Assembly: GCA_907165135.1 (NCBI GenBank)
Contig: OU015567.1
Coordinates: forward strand, 15,314,001-15,378,000
DNA from: Oikopleura dioica
Lineage: Eukaryota > Animalia > Chordata
Length of the DNA stretch: 64,000 nucleotides
Direction of reading: 5' to 3'
This document shows, one piece after another, positions 12,602 to 25,110 of the stretch (positions within the stretch are counted from its first letter, which is position 1; every line of letters begins with the position of its first letter). The notes under the pieces were generated by a model. That model saw only the letters and a list, made by a program, of their open reading frames with translations. It was not told the DNA's origin and did no database searches. Made by a program: the position numbers and the translations under genes.

Positions 12602-14384
12602 TCAGAAGGAAAAGAACTTGTTTCCGGATTTTGCAAGTTCATTTGCGTCGTCTACACTTTCTGGCAGATTTTTTGACAAAGTTGGTGGAAGAAAATAAAT
12701 CAACTAAAAGATGCAGTTGTTTTGCAAAGTTGTCTAAAATACTCCTACCTGGACAACAATGAGAAGTGCTATCGAAGCATAAGGAGTCATGATTCCAATT
12801 TTTGCGAATAAAATTGGCGCAAGAGCTCCACCAAGATTTCCACAGCATCTTTAACAATAAATAAGCCTCGATAAAGATAGATAGCTAAGGTCAGTACCAA
12901 CTTTTTTCATGGCGCTGGATCTAACCCTAACCTAACCCTAACCCTGGACTCTAACCGTAACCCTAGCTCTAAGTATACTTACAGCAGAATAGATACTCCG
13001 CGCTGTCTGAAATTCGTGGGCATGACTTCAACAATCAACGTATACATAAAGACAAAATAGCTAGTGCAGCACAATTTCGCCAAAGTTCCAAGAGCAAGCT
13101 TCAGAACAGCGAAGTCTCCATCCTCGTCGAATTTCGAGAGAGTAAGCATAGCCAGGAATAGAATAGGTGATAGAGTGAGGAAGAAGTAAATTCCCTTGCG
13201 CCGCATCTTCTTGATCAAAACGAAGGTGTAAGAACCTCTGATGGGGCCTTCGAGACAGATGAAGATTGCATAAGTTATGTAAATACAGCAATGCATCTTG
13301 TCTGATGCCAGGATTACGTTCATCCAGTACGCCATTGTAGAAAAACTAAGCGTAAAGAATCAATCATCTCGGATATATATTTCACTTACTTTATGGCGCA
13401 GAGAATGAAGAATCGGAGGACCAAGCTTTTTGCTTTCAAAAATTCCCAAACCGTCTCATGATTCTGACTGTCGCTCTCTTGCTGCTTGAGCATTGGTTCA
13501 AGACAGGAGTCGATATATTTCTCATCTACAGTAACGCCGTTTCTAGCGGCGATTCGCTTGATCCAATAAATTGCTTCTTTTTTTCTTCCATTTTTGAGAA
13601 GCCAGCGGGGCGACTCCGGAACCAGAAAGGGAATTGCAAGCGTTGATAAAAATGGAAGAGCAGTTAGCTGAAGTGCAAGTCGCCAGTCACGAAAAAAGTA
13701 AGTGCAAGTAGTCATCCAAATATTCCCGCCCGTCCAGCTTACAGTCGTTACTCCGCCAATGACCCACTTCCAAGAGTTTTTCGACAATTCCATCATGAGA
13801 GTATAAGTGCCAATTCCACAAGCTATAAATCCCAAGGCGCCGTAGCAGATCTTGAAGACCGCGAAATTCGGCGCAAAAGACATGCAGAAATAGACAATCA
13901 TTGCTTTTTATCGGCTATCATTATTGAAAAAACTAATCATCAAAGTTTAAGAAATGATGCCAGCCTGAAATATAGTAAAATATGGTTGCATTTCTCCTCC
14001 CAAATTTGTCAAAAATGAAGCCAGAAAAAAGAACGCCGATGGAACTGAAGAGCATATAAATGCTCGAAATTTGGTTTCGCTCATATTCGCGGTCACACAA
14101 GAGCCCCCAATCATTTGCGAAGGACGTCTCCATCGAACATGCGAACCCTTCGCATGAGGTCGAATTGGTAGTTGTGTAACTTTCAAGAACAGTGTTGTCT
14201 TCCGAGCACGTGTGGGGCAAAAGCTGTCCGTAAAACAAGTGAGGAACATAAAGTGCCTGCAAGCTGAAAATCGGAACGATGCTCAGCACTAGAAAAGTTC
14301 ATTTCAAACGGATAATTTGATCTTACGAAGAGATATTTTCTGACATCTTCCGGTGCCCCACGTCTCTTCCAAAAGCCTCTCCAT
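12602..14384 (-). CDS. SLC22-family organic cation/anion transporter (MFS)
   Basis: MERLLEETWGTGRCQK start; WGLLCDRE; FDKFGRR; LVPESPRWLL; EVMPTNFRQRG; LPPTLSKNLPE before the stop. ORFs 13933-14289, 13386-13901, 12979-13335. Confidence 0.9.
12921..12972 (-). repeat. Interstitial (TTAGGG)n-like array in an SLC22 intron
   Basis: ctaaccctaacctaaccctaaccctggactctaaccgtaaccctagctctaag, starting ~10 nt after the GTAAGT donor. Confidence 0.85.
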
Positions 14385-14653
14385 ATTTAGACTGAAAGAA
14401 CTCTTTTACACTTTGCATGTCGTAAGACAAACAATTAAATACTGTTCTGCTAAGATTTGCAAAGTTTCGTAAATGAATGAAAAAGGCCATCTTTATAAGA
14501 TGCTAAAGTCATTTTACTGCTTCGAAGACCGGGCTTGTCAGACGAATGTTATGCTGAACTAAAGTTAGTTTCAAACTCTGTTTTTTTGTTGATAATGTAT
14601 TAAGAGTATTTATAAAAAGTAAAATAAGATTCACAGAAACATGATGGCAATAT

Positions 14654-15460
14654 TTAAAGTCTCGCTGGTTTCTTCGTTTTTCGGATGTTGTTTGGCGCTT
14701 TTCCTTGATTCGGTTTCTTCTTGTGCATTTTCTTGTTGATTTTTTTCTGGTTGGACGTATTCTTCACGAGCTGTTCGTTGCAGGTTGTCGCCATTGCTTC
14801 CTCGTGTTCTTGCTGAAGATGTCGTTTCACTGAGCTTGGAAGACCACTTGAATACTTCCCTTCAGTCATCGAGACGTTTGAAGTCGGCACGAGCATGCTG
14901 AGGATGATGGCGCAGAGAAATAGCAAAAACATGAAGAGAATGGAGAAGAGAAGGGAGAGGATGAATACGAAGACATAGATGATGCATCTGAAGAGATGGA
15001 GGACGAGAAAACGCAAAAAGAGCGGCCAAGAAAGAGTGTAGTTCGATGGTTGATTTTTCGTAAGAAGAAACATGTAGATCTCTTTCAGCTCAAGATCAGC
15101 CATCTTTGATTTCGAGCTGGAAGTAGCATATCTAGATGTAGAATTGAGGAAATCTCTTCGTTTCTCCACTAGTTCGTCAACTCGTCTAATCTGTTCTTCG
15201 TCTTGGCTGCAGAAAGCATGAGGAGTTCGTGCGAAGTGAGGATCGCTCCAAAGAGATTGTTCTTCTTCAATGTTTCGACCTTCGTAGAGACGATGCATCC
15301 AGAAGCAAAAATGAGCCCAGTAGGCTGTTTCGTCAGCATTCACTTTGAAACTACATCCGCATGAAAACTCGACCTTTTGTTCAATACTTTCTCGCATGTT
15401 AAGCTTCATCTGGAAGTCAGCGGGGCCATCAATGTTTTCGAATTTGATGTAAGTCGACAT
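14654..15460 (-). CDS. Intronless 268-aa hypothetical membrane protein with a basic C-terminus
   Basis: Uninterrupted ATG-to-stop ORF; ~45-aa hydrophobic stretch (WPLFLRFLVLHLF...ILSMLV); Lys-rich tail. Confidence 0.6.
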   Translation of the reverse strand: MSTYIKFENIDGPADFQMKLNMRESIEQKVEFSCGCSFKVNADETAYWAHFCFWMHRLYEGRNIEEEQSLWSDPHFARTPHAFCSQDEEQIRRVDELVEKRRDFLNSTSRYATSSSKSKMADLELKEIYMFLLTKNQPSNYTLSWPLFLRFLVLHLFRCIIYVFVFILSLLFSILFMFLLFLCAIILSMLVPTSNVSMTEGKYSSGLPSSVKRHLQQEHEEAMATTCNEQLVKNTSNQKKINKKMHKKKPNQGKAPNNIRKTKKPARL

Positions 15461-15848
15461 TATTTGTTTATTTATTGAAGACGAGAAAATCTGCAGTTAT
15501 ATATCGGAAAAAAATTCAAGAGGGCGCTACGTGAGCGAATAGGATAACCAGCTGTAGGTAAAAGATCTTGAACAGCGGGTTATTATCAGCCAGAAGATCA
15601 GGATTCGGAAATAGCGTCCCATTTTTTAACAGATGGATCTTAATTATGAGTTCTCTTGAAGTTCCTACTGAAGAACATCACCCTTTGACGATCAAAAGAA
15701 ACCAATTTAGATTGCTAGTTATTTCCAAAAAGATGATGCTGAAAAATATGCTCGACAACCATTATTTCGAATTTACATTTTAATAGCTTCAAGTTGTTTA
15801 TATAAATATTGAATTAATGCAAATAATAGTTTCAGATAAGTTTTTTTT

Positions 15849-18800
15849 TCATCTTCTCGGCCAGCGAGCGATCGTGTAGTTAGAGTTGGCAGTGTTGTCC
15901 TTGTTGTTGGCAAATCCAACATTGATGAATTGAGAAAATCGCTGAAATTCTAGGAAATCATTTGAAGTTGAGTTATTTGAAGGTAATTTGAGGCGAGAGT
16001 TTTTTTTTCGTAATTTCTTCGTTTTTAGTCCAGTGTAAGCGCGAGCTTGATTCGGTTCCTTTTCTCCGGAATGCACTGCGCGCAGAGTCCGCCACAACGC
16101 GCCTGCAGGCGAGTTCCGTCGGGCGCGCGCCACATTTTCATCGTCCCGTGGCTGCCCTTGACCATCCAGTTTTGATCCTTGGCGACGGCGAAACCAGTGC
16201 CGGAGAGATTAATTGAGAAGCTTCCTTGTGGACAGTTGCCGGAAGAGAAGCAGTCTCCAGCTTGCGCGAATTTGACTGGGGTACCCTTGGACGTGGAGAA
16301 TGCAACATCGTTTGTAGCAACTTCAAGCGTTTCCGGAAAAAAGCGCAATTTGCTAAAAATAACCTCAGTTAAGACCTGTTAGACAGATGCTTGATTTCTT
16401 ACTGAAATAAGGTCTTTCCTCCCTTGATTTTCGCCTCAGATGCGAGACGTGGCGCGACGCCCTCCACGGGACAGCTAGAATTATCAGCTAATTGGTGGCG
16501 GTAAACAAAGCTGAAATTTTCTTTTTCCAGCAAGGTGATGTATTCTTCTGGATCTGGTGAAGACATAGCAAAGCAAAAGATAGTTATCGGCTTTCCATTT
16601 ATCTGAAGATAAAAATGATTTTCATGAAATATTCTGGAATTACCATAATTTCATATTCGCCGTCTGTAGATGTTGAATTGAGTCTTTGAACATCGCGACA
16701 GTGCATCGCCGTGCATCGTTGTTGATTGCACTTTACGCTCGTGCGAGGCTTTGTCTTGCTACAACTCTTTCCTTCCGGACAAGTAACGGGCCTAGTTTGC
16801 AGCCCGCCGCCACATTTCGCCGAACATGGGCCCCATTCTCCAACTTCCCAGTCGTTTCCAACGCTATCGCAGTTTGGCAAGTTTGAGCAAGCTCTTCGAG
16901 AAAGCGGCGCTGATTTGTGACTGCATGCATTTCTATGTACTTTCGCCCCGTTTGATGGAGATATACAAGTGATTCGACGAGACTTGGTTGGCATTGCGTC
17001 GTTCTCCGACTGGCAGGTTCCTGAGCAACTTCTCCAATTCGACACCTTCCAAATTCCACGGAGGCAGTTATTTTTGCAACCACGTTTTTCTTTCGGTTTT
17101 TCGATCTTATGACATTGCTCTTCCGGCAATTTTTTCTTCGTGTGTCGTTCTTGGCAAAAAACTTCCCTTCCTTGATGACAAGTGCTATCACACTGGGACC
17201 ACTCGGTAGATCTCCACCTTGTGCAATATTTCTCTGCGCGGCATCGTTTGGTCTTCTTTGGTCTGGCAGCGCGGGAATATTTTTTCATGCAGTAGCGGGA
17301 GTGAACGCGCTTGTTGGAATCTTTGACGCAGAAAACCTTTCTGTTTTGCTTTCCATGGCCACATTTTGCATCGCAGCGCGTCCATCTTCCCGTTCTCCAT
17401 TCAAATTGTGGACACGCCTTTTTCCAGCACTCTTCAATCTCAGCTTCTTTGTCTTTCTTTGGAACATGTCGGCAATAAATATCATCTTCGACCCGTCCAT
17501 CATCTCGCACACATTCTTGCTTTCTCGAACGAACTCCTTTATTGCATGTCGCACTGCATTCAGACCATTGAGAATATTTCCAAAGATATCTGCATGAAAA
17601 TAGCTCACAAGAAGCCCGTGCCACTGGTTTTTCGCTTTCGTCACACTCTGATTGATCGTTCTCACGCTCTCCGTTGAGAAGACATTCAACCTGCCGTGTT
17701 TTTACTCCCTGACCACAAGTGGTACTACAGGTGGTCCAGTCACTGGTCACCTCCCACTTTGGTTTGGGAAGTTCACGCTGGCAGCCGGCCAGGGAGAAGC
17801 AAGATTCTTCTATGTCACGTGGTCTGTATTCTGGAGGACAGTCGCGCGAAGGAAGATCTGTTCCGCTTTTCACGCATTTCGCGACTCTTCTTTTAGTCCC
17901 CGATCCGCAACTGTTCGAACATTGTGTCCACGGTTCCAAGGCCCATTCAGACTCATTTGGACAGCGATGAGTATTGCAGGATCTTTGGACAGTCTCGCGC
18001 TCGAGTTTGGGGCAATTCGACGTCAAGCAACGGGCCGATCGACTTTGACTACCTTCTCCGCAACTCGCGCTGCAGACTGACCATTCTCCGAACTCCCAAG
18101 CGTTGCAGTCCTTCATTTCGCACTGCTGGTACATCATTGGCATATTGCTCCGATTGCAGTAAGAGTTATGGACTTTTTGACCGTTACGTTTGCAAATAAC
18201 CGCTCTCGATTGAAGGCCATTTCCGCAAGTAACACTACAACTCGACCATTCTTCTTCTGCCCAGTCCGCGCAGTTATCCAAGTGGCAGACTTCTACGATC
18301 GGCTCAGAAATTTTTCCACAATACTTTTCATCAATGACAACTCCTGTGGAACTTCTACAGACTGCTAGGCGACTTCTCACGCCTCTTCCGCAGCTTGTTG
18401 AACATCCAGTCCATGATCCAAGCTTCCACTTAGCATCAGAGCAATCTTGGTAGCAAGGAATATTTTCTGGCGGTGCAGGGATTCGTTCTTCCTCACAATA
18501 GGTCTTTGCCATTCGCTCTATCGAGCTGTCGATCAGTGAAACCTTTATGCAATAGTTTGATTGCCTCGCTGTTCCTTGGCCGCATGAAGTACTGCATTCG
18601 CCCTGGACGGATCTCCACTCAAGTTTGCATTTTGAAGAGTCGCATTTTTCTGATTCGCTCGATCGTAAGCTTGTTGGGGAACATCTTGACGAGGAAACTA
18701 AGAAAGTGTTGAGTCGATCATTACTTCGAATCAATTGTTACCTGTAGCGCCTGAAATACTGGACCTGCATGTGAGAACGCGTTGCCTGTGACCACCACAT

Positions 18801-21800
18801 GGAGAAGAACAACTTGACCAGCCGGAATATTTCCAATCGAATGTTTCGCGAGAAATTTTCCGTTCTGACAAACTGCTGTAGCTATAATTGATTTCCAAAG
18901 AAGCGTAGCGCTGCTTTGTTGACTTGAAAACATAAACTTCTAGCCCATCGCTCATGAGGTGATTGACCTTGATCTGCTCATTCATTTTAGCTCCATATCC
19001 GGAGTACTCAATGACTAGCGGTCGTGAAGAATCCTCTCCCCAGATGACCTTAGTTTCTTGATTTCGAAAGTCGTGGCCGTTGAAGATTATTTTTCCGTCT
19101 TTTTTCAGGACCAGATAAACTTCATCAGATGCATGCGACTAGAATTAATCAACATTAGCCCGCAATTTTTAAGAAAACTTACATTTAGCTGCTTGATAAC
19201 AAGATTACGAGCTTCGGGAATTTCCGCAACTCGTACAAATCCCCTTCCACGAGGATAAAATCTCTTCCGGAAGGTCTTACAGGTGCTATCATCCCCATTA
19301 CAGACGCCGCAAGTGTCTTCTTTTGCCAAAGAGTCAATGTTTCCGTCACATCCTAGCTCGTGACATTCACCCTAAATGGTAAATGAATTTAAGTTTATAG
19401 TTATTTCATGTTATTAACGCTGGTCATATTTTCGAAATTTAATATTTCGAAAACAAAGAGGACGACGTAAATGAAGGTAACTGACCTTGATACAGATACC
19501 GCTGCGGTCGGGACGACACAAAGTGCCGTCTTGAACAGGACCATTGTTGCTGATGTGCCACGACCTCGCTGGATCAACACAAAAGAGGTTGCACACCCGG
19601 TCAGAGGAGTCCATCCATTGAGCTTTGAGCGCGACTTTCTTTTGAAACTTTTTACACAGTATGTCACGAGGGTCCTCCGTGGAAACAGGGCAGTTACGGT
19701 CTGAGTTACAGAATCTATGCTTTGAGTTTGATCCTTATCAAAGGTTTATCTTGGACGTTCCAAGTTGGAACAATTTTGTAAAAAAATTACCAAGTAAAAC
19801 CTTTCCTTCGCATTCTGCCCCACCATTTTGCGGGATTGGATTGTTACAAATTCGATTTGAACTTGTAATCCCGCCTTTACAAGTCGACGAGCATGACGAC
19901 CAACTTGACCATTGAGACCAACCACCATCTACCGATTCATCGAAAGGTAGATGCGGGTTCGCTTGAGAGCGAGAGACACATTGCTTATGGTAACATGCTT
20001 TTCCAGCAGCGCAAGCAGTTCCATCTGCCCAAGGTTGATGTCTAGTCGCGCACAGTTCCGACCCGTCTCTGGCTCTTGTCTTGCACCAGAGCTTTGAGCA
20101 GCTCGGGCCTCGTGAGCAGCTTGTACTATCATGACCAAAGACTATAAATAACTATCAAAAAAGCCCATCAAATTTGTAAATTTCCACTATTCGGAAGCTG
20201 TCAGTCTGATCCTTCCTCGCTTAAAATGAAATGATATTATGATTCCTACCTAGTTTGCATTGAACATCCGGTGATATATGAGTCCTGCCAGTGTAGAGGG
20301 AAGCCTGTGGCTGGATCAAAGTTGGACTTCGCACCGAAAACTCCCGCGTCCTACGCATCATGCAGTTTCCTAGTCCTTGATTGATGAGGTCGCCGATCTT
20401 CTGCGATGAGCACTTCGACCACATCCAAGGTCCGATCATTGTTTCTGATGGATAAAGGAAGACGGAGCCCATGATACCTTCTTCCTTCGCGATCGCCTTG
20501 AAAAACATGGTATAGAGCGGTTATAAGGGCAAGTACAATTGCTAACTGCTCGATTTTCGTAAGAACTATACCTGGCATCGTGGGTGATCGTCATGAATGG
20601 CACCAAGTAAGTGCCCAATCTCGTGGGTAATAGTGTAAGCTGTAGCCATGCCTGTGTCCTCAATAATCGCGCAGGATTTACTTGGTGAACAGATTTTGTA
20701 CTTTTCCGCCAATCCAAGTGTGTTACAACTGGGGTCGTTAAGCGAACATAAGTTTTTTTTGGTTATGAGCACAGAGGTATCCCAGTGTTTTTTGTCAAGC
20801 GGGTTGTGGTAGTTTTGGTCGGCTTGCCATCGACAAAACTTTTGAATGGCTTGATAACTGGGCTTCTTTAAAAATGTCTTCACAAAATAGTAATTGTCGT
20901 TATCAAGCCGTTCCTTAGATAAAAGCAAGTCGGCATCAATCGTATCACCAGCGTAGTAAAATAGATTATCAGAACGATAGGGCATAATCTCAGTCCTATT
21001 CGTAAAAGTTCGCAAAAAGTTCAACTACCTATTTAACGCGTTTATTTGCGCACTTGGTATAAAATAAATTGATGGCAAAAGTTTAATCTCAAAGATCTTT
21101 GCCGGAAAGACGGCTTGGTTTATTGCGCGGAGATCGAGAGATTTTGGGAATTGGATAAGCTCGTCAGACCGTTTTTGCGAACAATTGCCTGACAACTTTC
21201 AGCGTAATATCTTGGCCAAGGGAAGGATGCCGGATGATTCCAGCGACGATGGCCATGATTAGGGATTCTCACGGAAAAACAAAGTGAACTCAATTTTCAT
21301 AAAACTTTCACTCTAGATGTATTTTTTTCCGCTGATTCCAAATATGCCAAAATCATTATGAAATTCCGAGTAAGTGGTAATTTACAGCTGATAACGTCGC
21401 TTGGTGGTAAGCCCTAGTACTTGGTTCGGTTTGGAAGTAATCCTTGACTCTGAGTCGACTAATTCTTAGTAAACGGGTAGCTTACCACTTCCGGGAACTT
21501 TTTTGTCCAGACAACCCGCCGTTATTTGTGACAGATTTCCTACAGTAGGTCAAAGTGTGCACCCATCGAGAATATGAAGGGCGCGCTAATGCTTTCCAGG
21601 CCTCCCGGGGAGCGCGTAAAGCACTAGCGCGCCGTCACTTTCAGTCGATCATCGGCAGATTTCTGGAGGTATGAGTCTCCCATATTCTCAAAACTTTCAC
21701 AGAGTCTTAAGAAAAGTATGCTTGAGAACATATCCAAAATTCAGCGTTTTTTAAGCTTGTTTGGGGGCTCAAAAGTAAGAGAAACTCATTTCCGGGCCGC

Positions 21801-24240
21801 GCTCAGCCCGTAATGCACTACCGCGGCGCCAACCTTGGTCAGTCAACAGGTGGTTTTGGAAGGTTCTAGTCAATCCATAGTCTTCAAAATTTGAGTGATA
21901 CTGGCATAGGGTCTGTTTTATAACATATCTAAAAATCACAAAATTATAAGCTTGTTTGCGCATAGAAAAGTCGTGTTTTGTGTGAATTTTGCTGATTTCG
22001 AGGGTATTTTGCCAAAAAAACTATTTTTTGAAAGCAGATAATGAATAAGCTTCATCATTTTAGTAAGCTCGAAATGTTTTTCGCTCAAATTGTCCTGAAA
22101 AAATCAGAATAGCATTTGACAATTTTGAGTGCAGAAGGCCGCGCCGCGCGCAATTTTTCCGTGAGAATCCCTAGCCATGATCTTTGCCAAGTAGTTTTCG
22201 ATGGAAATGACGCTGCTTCCAAGTTGACGGAAAAATCGAGTCATAGAAGGGTCCACAAAAACGGCGACTCTGAGTTCTCGAGGAACTACATATCGTTTTC
22301 TTCGAGTGTGCGAGTTCTTAAATTTTTTATTATTTCATACGCTCATACTTTAAATGAGGAAGTGCTGACTAGAAATTGGCTTGAAAATCGAATCTAAAAC
22401 AACTTCCGTCATTGGTACGAGATCAAGGTTACGCGGCGGCATTAAGGGATCAACTATCCAGATCACTTACACGAGTTGGACGGGTGAAGTGACGAGAGGT
22501 CCGGAAGTCCCTTGGCAATGTGTCCTGCTCCGAGTTTTCTCCACAACTAGCCTCGCCATTGACTTTTCTTCTAGCAGCTTCAAGTTCGTCATCAAAGTCG
22601 AGATCAATCCTGCCATGCTGTCTGTCTTCAATGAAGCCAGTCTGAAAGCTAAAAGTCAAAACAAATCTTGACCGTTGTTCCTTGAAAATAATTCTAAATC
22701 AATTCAAAAATCATCAAAAGTGCCAAAAACATCCGCAACGACCTTGTTTCCGGAGTAAAATGATAATTAATCGTAAATCAGCGGGAGCTTGATTTAATGC
22801 AGCGCTGAAAATAGAAAAAGTCACAAGACATTATCATAAATGTCCGAAAGGAAAGCCTCGCGAAGAGCAATTAATCCTGTCTAATTGGACCTTGTCTACT
22901 TTGCTACCAAGAGAATCTTTCAGGGTTAGGGTTAGGGTCAGAGCTGCAAATTTGCTGAACTGAGTGAGCTGAGCCAACTGAGAGCGACTGCTCAGCTCAG
23001 CTCAGTTATCTTTGAAATCTGATCAGCTCACCTCAGACAATATTCACTCAGCTCAGCTCAGCACAATTATTTTCGAACAAGATCTGTACTGCTCAGCTCA
23101 GCTCAACTCAGACAATTATCACTTAGCTCAGCTTAGCTCAGCTCAACCAGCTCAGCTCAGCTCTAATTAGGGTCCGCTCAGCTCAGCTCCGCTCAATGAC
23201 CTCTGAAAAGGCCAGATCAGCTCAGCTCAGCCAAGTAATCTCCGAAATAAGCCAGCTCAGCTCACCTCAGCAAAAATAAAGCAAAATTTCCAACTCTGGT
23301 TAAGGTTTTATCTTTTTCTAAAAAATCTTCTCGATGTACTTTTGTACTGACAAGTTCATAACGATCTATTCATTTAATAATCTTCCAACAAAGCGGCTTG
23401 GCTTTTTATAAAAATGATTCTGCCGACTGACCAAGTTTTGATAGTCCGGCTTTGAGTGAAAGTATATTGTTTATGCAGCGTAAATTCTCCATAATTATTA
23501 AACGAAACCGGGGATTACGCGAATAATGACCGCGAGAGTCCCCAAATTCGTCGCACAATGGCCTCTTCGCACTTTTACTTTAAATATTTAATTCTTCTGA
23601 AATGTATAGCTTAACTAAATATTCAGCGCAAACGCGGGCCTTTATCCTGTTTGAAGTAAGATGAGTACTGAATTTTAACGAGGTCAATTCTGAAATCGCC
23701 AATTATTTTGACAGGAGGGGCACAATTTAAGTCAAAATTAATTAGCCCCGATATTTTAAGCTTCTATTTTTAGATTCACAATTGAAATCTCCGGAAGTCG
23801 GAAAGTCTCAAGAATCTGCTTTTTTCGCTGATTCATCGAGGTCTAATTATTTTGAATGTGTCACTCGTAATTGTCAAGTTCTGCTTCCTCTAGTCTAGTC
23901 TTTCTATGCCAAATGAATGATTCGTTAGCAAATTTCCTACTCTAAGAAAATGACTGTCTCAGTATTTATGTGCCAAATTGATGACTAAATAAGAAAGGTC
24001 TTTTGCAGGTCGTAACTTATAAATTGCAAAAGAAGTCGATTGGGGTTATTTCCGTTGTTAATTACATTTGATTTGATTTGAGTACTATTACAGTAATGGA
24101 TAGCGTTTTCTTTGATCTTCTAATTATAGCCCAGCGCTAAGCTGTATTGACGCTCTTACAGGTAGGCTATCAGGTCAGATCTCTCGGCCAGAGAGTTTCG
24201 ACTGCCAAGTGCAATTAGCGCAGCAACAAATCATCCCACC
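15849..24240 (-). CDS. ADAMTS9/ADAMTS20/GON-1-like metalloprotease (5' end approximate)
   Basis: Furin site RRKR, then AVFVDPSM; zinc motif HEIGHLLGAIHD (ORF 20566-21024); TSP1 VDGGWSQWSSWSSCS; Cys-rich and spacer regions; many TSP1 repeats (ORF 16599-18734); C-terminal GON domain (FSINLSGTGF, CGGLCAQC). One catalytic-domain exon is interrupted by an insertion at 21260-22173. Confidence 0.9.
21260..22173. mobile_element. 914-bp hAT-like non-autonomous element inserted in an ADAMTS coding exon
   Basis: Perfect 20-bp TIR TAGGGATTCTCACGGAAAAA; 8-bp TSD GCCATGAT at 21252-21259 and 22174-22181; no transposase ORF. Confidence 0.92.
22939..23298. mobile_element. 360-bp hAT-like MITE filled with (GCTCA)n repeats, in an ADAMTS intron
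   Basis: Imperfect TIR CAGAGCTGCAAATTTGCT / AGCAAAATTTCCAACTCTG; 8-bp TSD GTTAGGGT (22931-22938) vs GTTAAGGT (23299-23306), one mismatch. Confidence 0.75.
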
Positions 24241-24571
24241 CACCTTTCTCTCTGCCCAGTACCACTAGAATATGAATAGAAAGGAAGAAAACCGCATGAC
24301 CTGGGATCAACCAGAAGAAACTATTTTTAGAGGTGCAATAAGTACCCTCACCTCTCAGAATAAAAAATATTTACAGGGAAACAATACGAAGCAAAACTTT
24401 TCGACCCCTGCAATCTTACAGTCCCTCGCTGGTACAGTACCTGTTCGCAAATGTTGACAAATGCAGAAGAATATCGGTCGTGATATGTTCTTTGATCGGG
24501 GAACTTCAAGAAAAAGGAAGATATTATATCTTAGTATATCTTAGATATACTGTCAATCAATTTGAAAGACT

Positions 24572-25110
24572 TCAAGACTTCAGTCTACAAAAGTTCGCTT
24601 TATCAGTTACATAAGAGCTGATAAGCACCAGCCGCGTAGGCAGACAAGAAGGAGAAGAAGCGGGAATTCCTAGTAAAAGATAAAATCCTCGTTGTAAGTT
24701 CCCTTTCCTTCCAAAATAAGTGCAATTTTCCGCGATGACAGAATCTTCATCAGTCGAAGAAAGTTCATCGAAATCGTGTGGGACGCGAAGCTCGTAGTTT
24801 TCTTCATCGATCACGCGAATTTGTTTGAGCAGTAGGAGGTGTCTTCGTCCTTCCTTCTCCACGATCAACTCCTTATCACTTCTGCTCGCTAAAGATCGTT
24901 TCCTATTCTTTGGGTTGCAAACTGGAAGAGCGCTAGAAGACAGAAAAAAGCTAGAAGCAACCAATTTCCTTTTTCTCCTCGTTGACTGGCGCGTAATTTC
25001 TGATCGTAGCTGGGCAAAGTTCTCTTCTGATGAATCGTAAAAGCGAATCGCCCCATCTTTGCTTTCCCCATCTGGAAAGTAAAATTTAAAATAAAGCAAC
25101 CGTAAAACAA
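24572..25110 (-). CDS. Hypothetical protein; reading frame ambiguous
   Basis: A 175-aa stop-free frame (24572-25099) overlaps a second frame (24889-25110) with an ATG right after a TTTCCAG acceptor and one hydrophobic segment. Confidence 0.3.
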
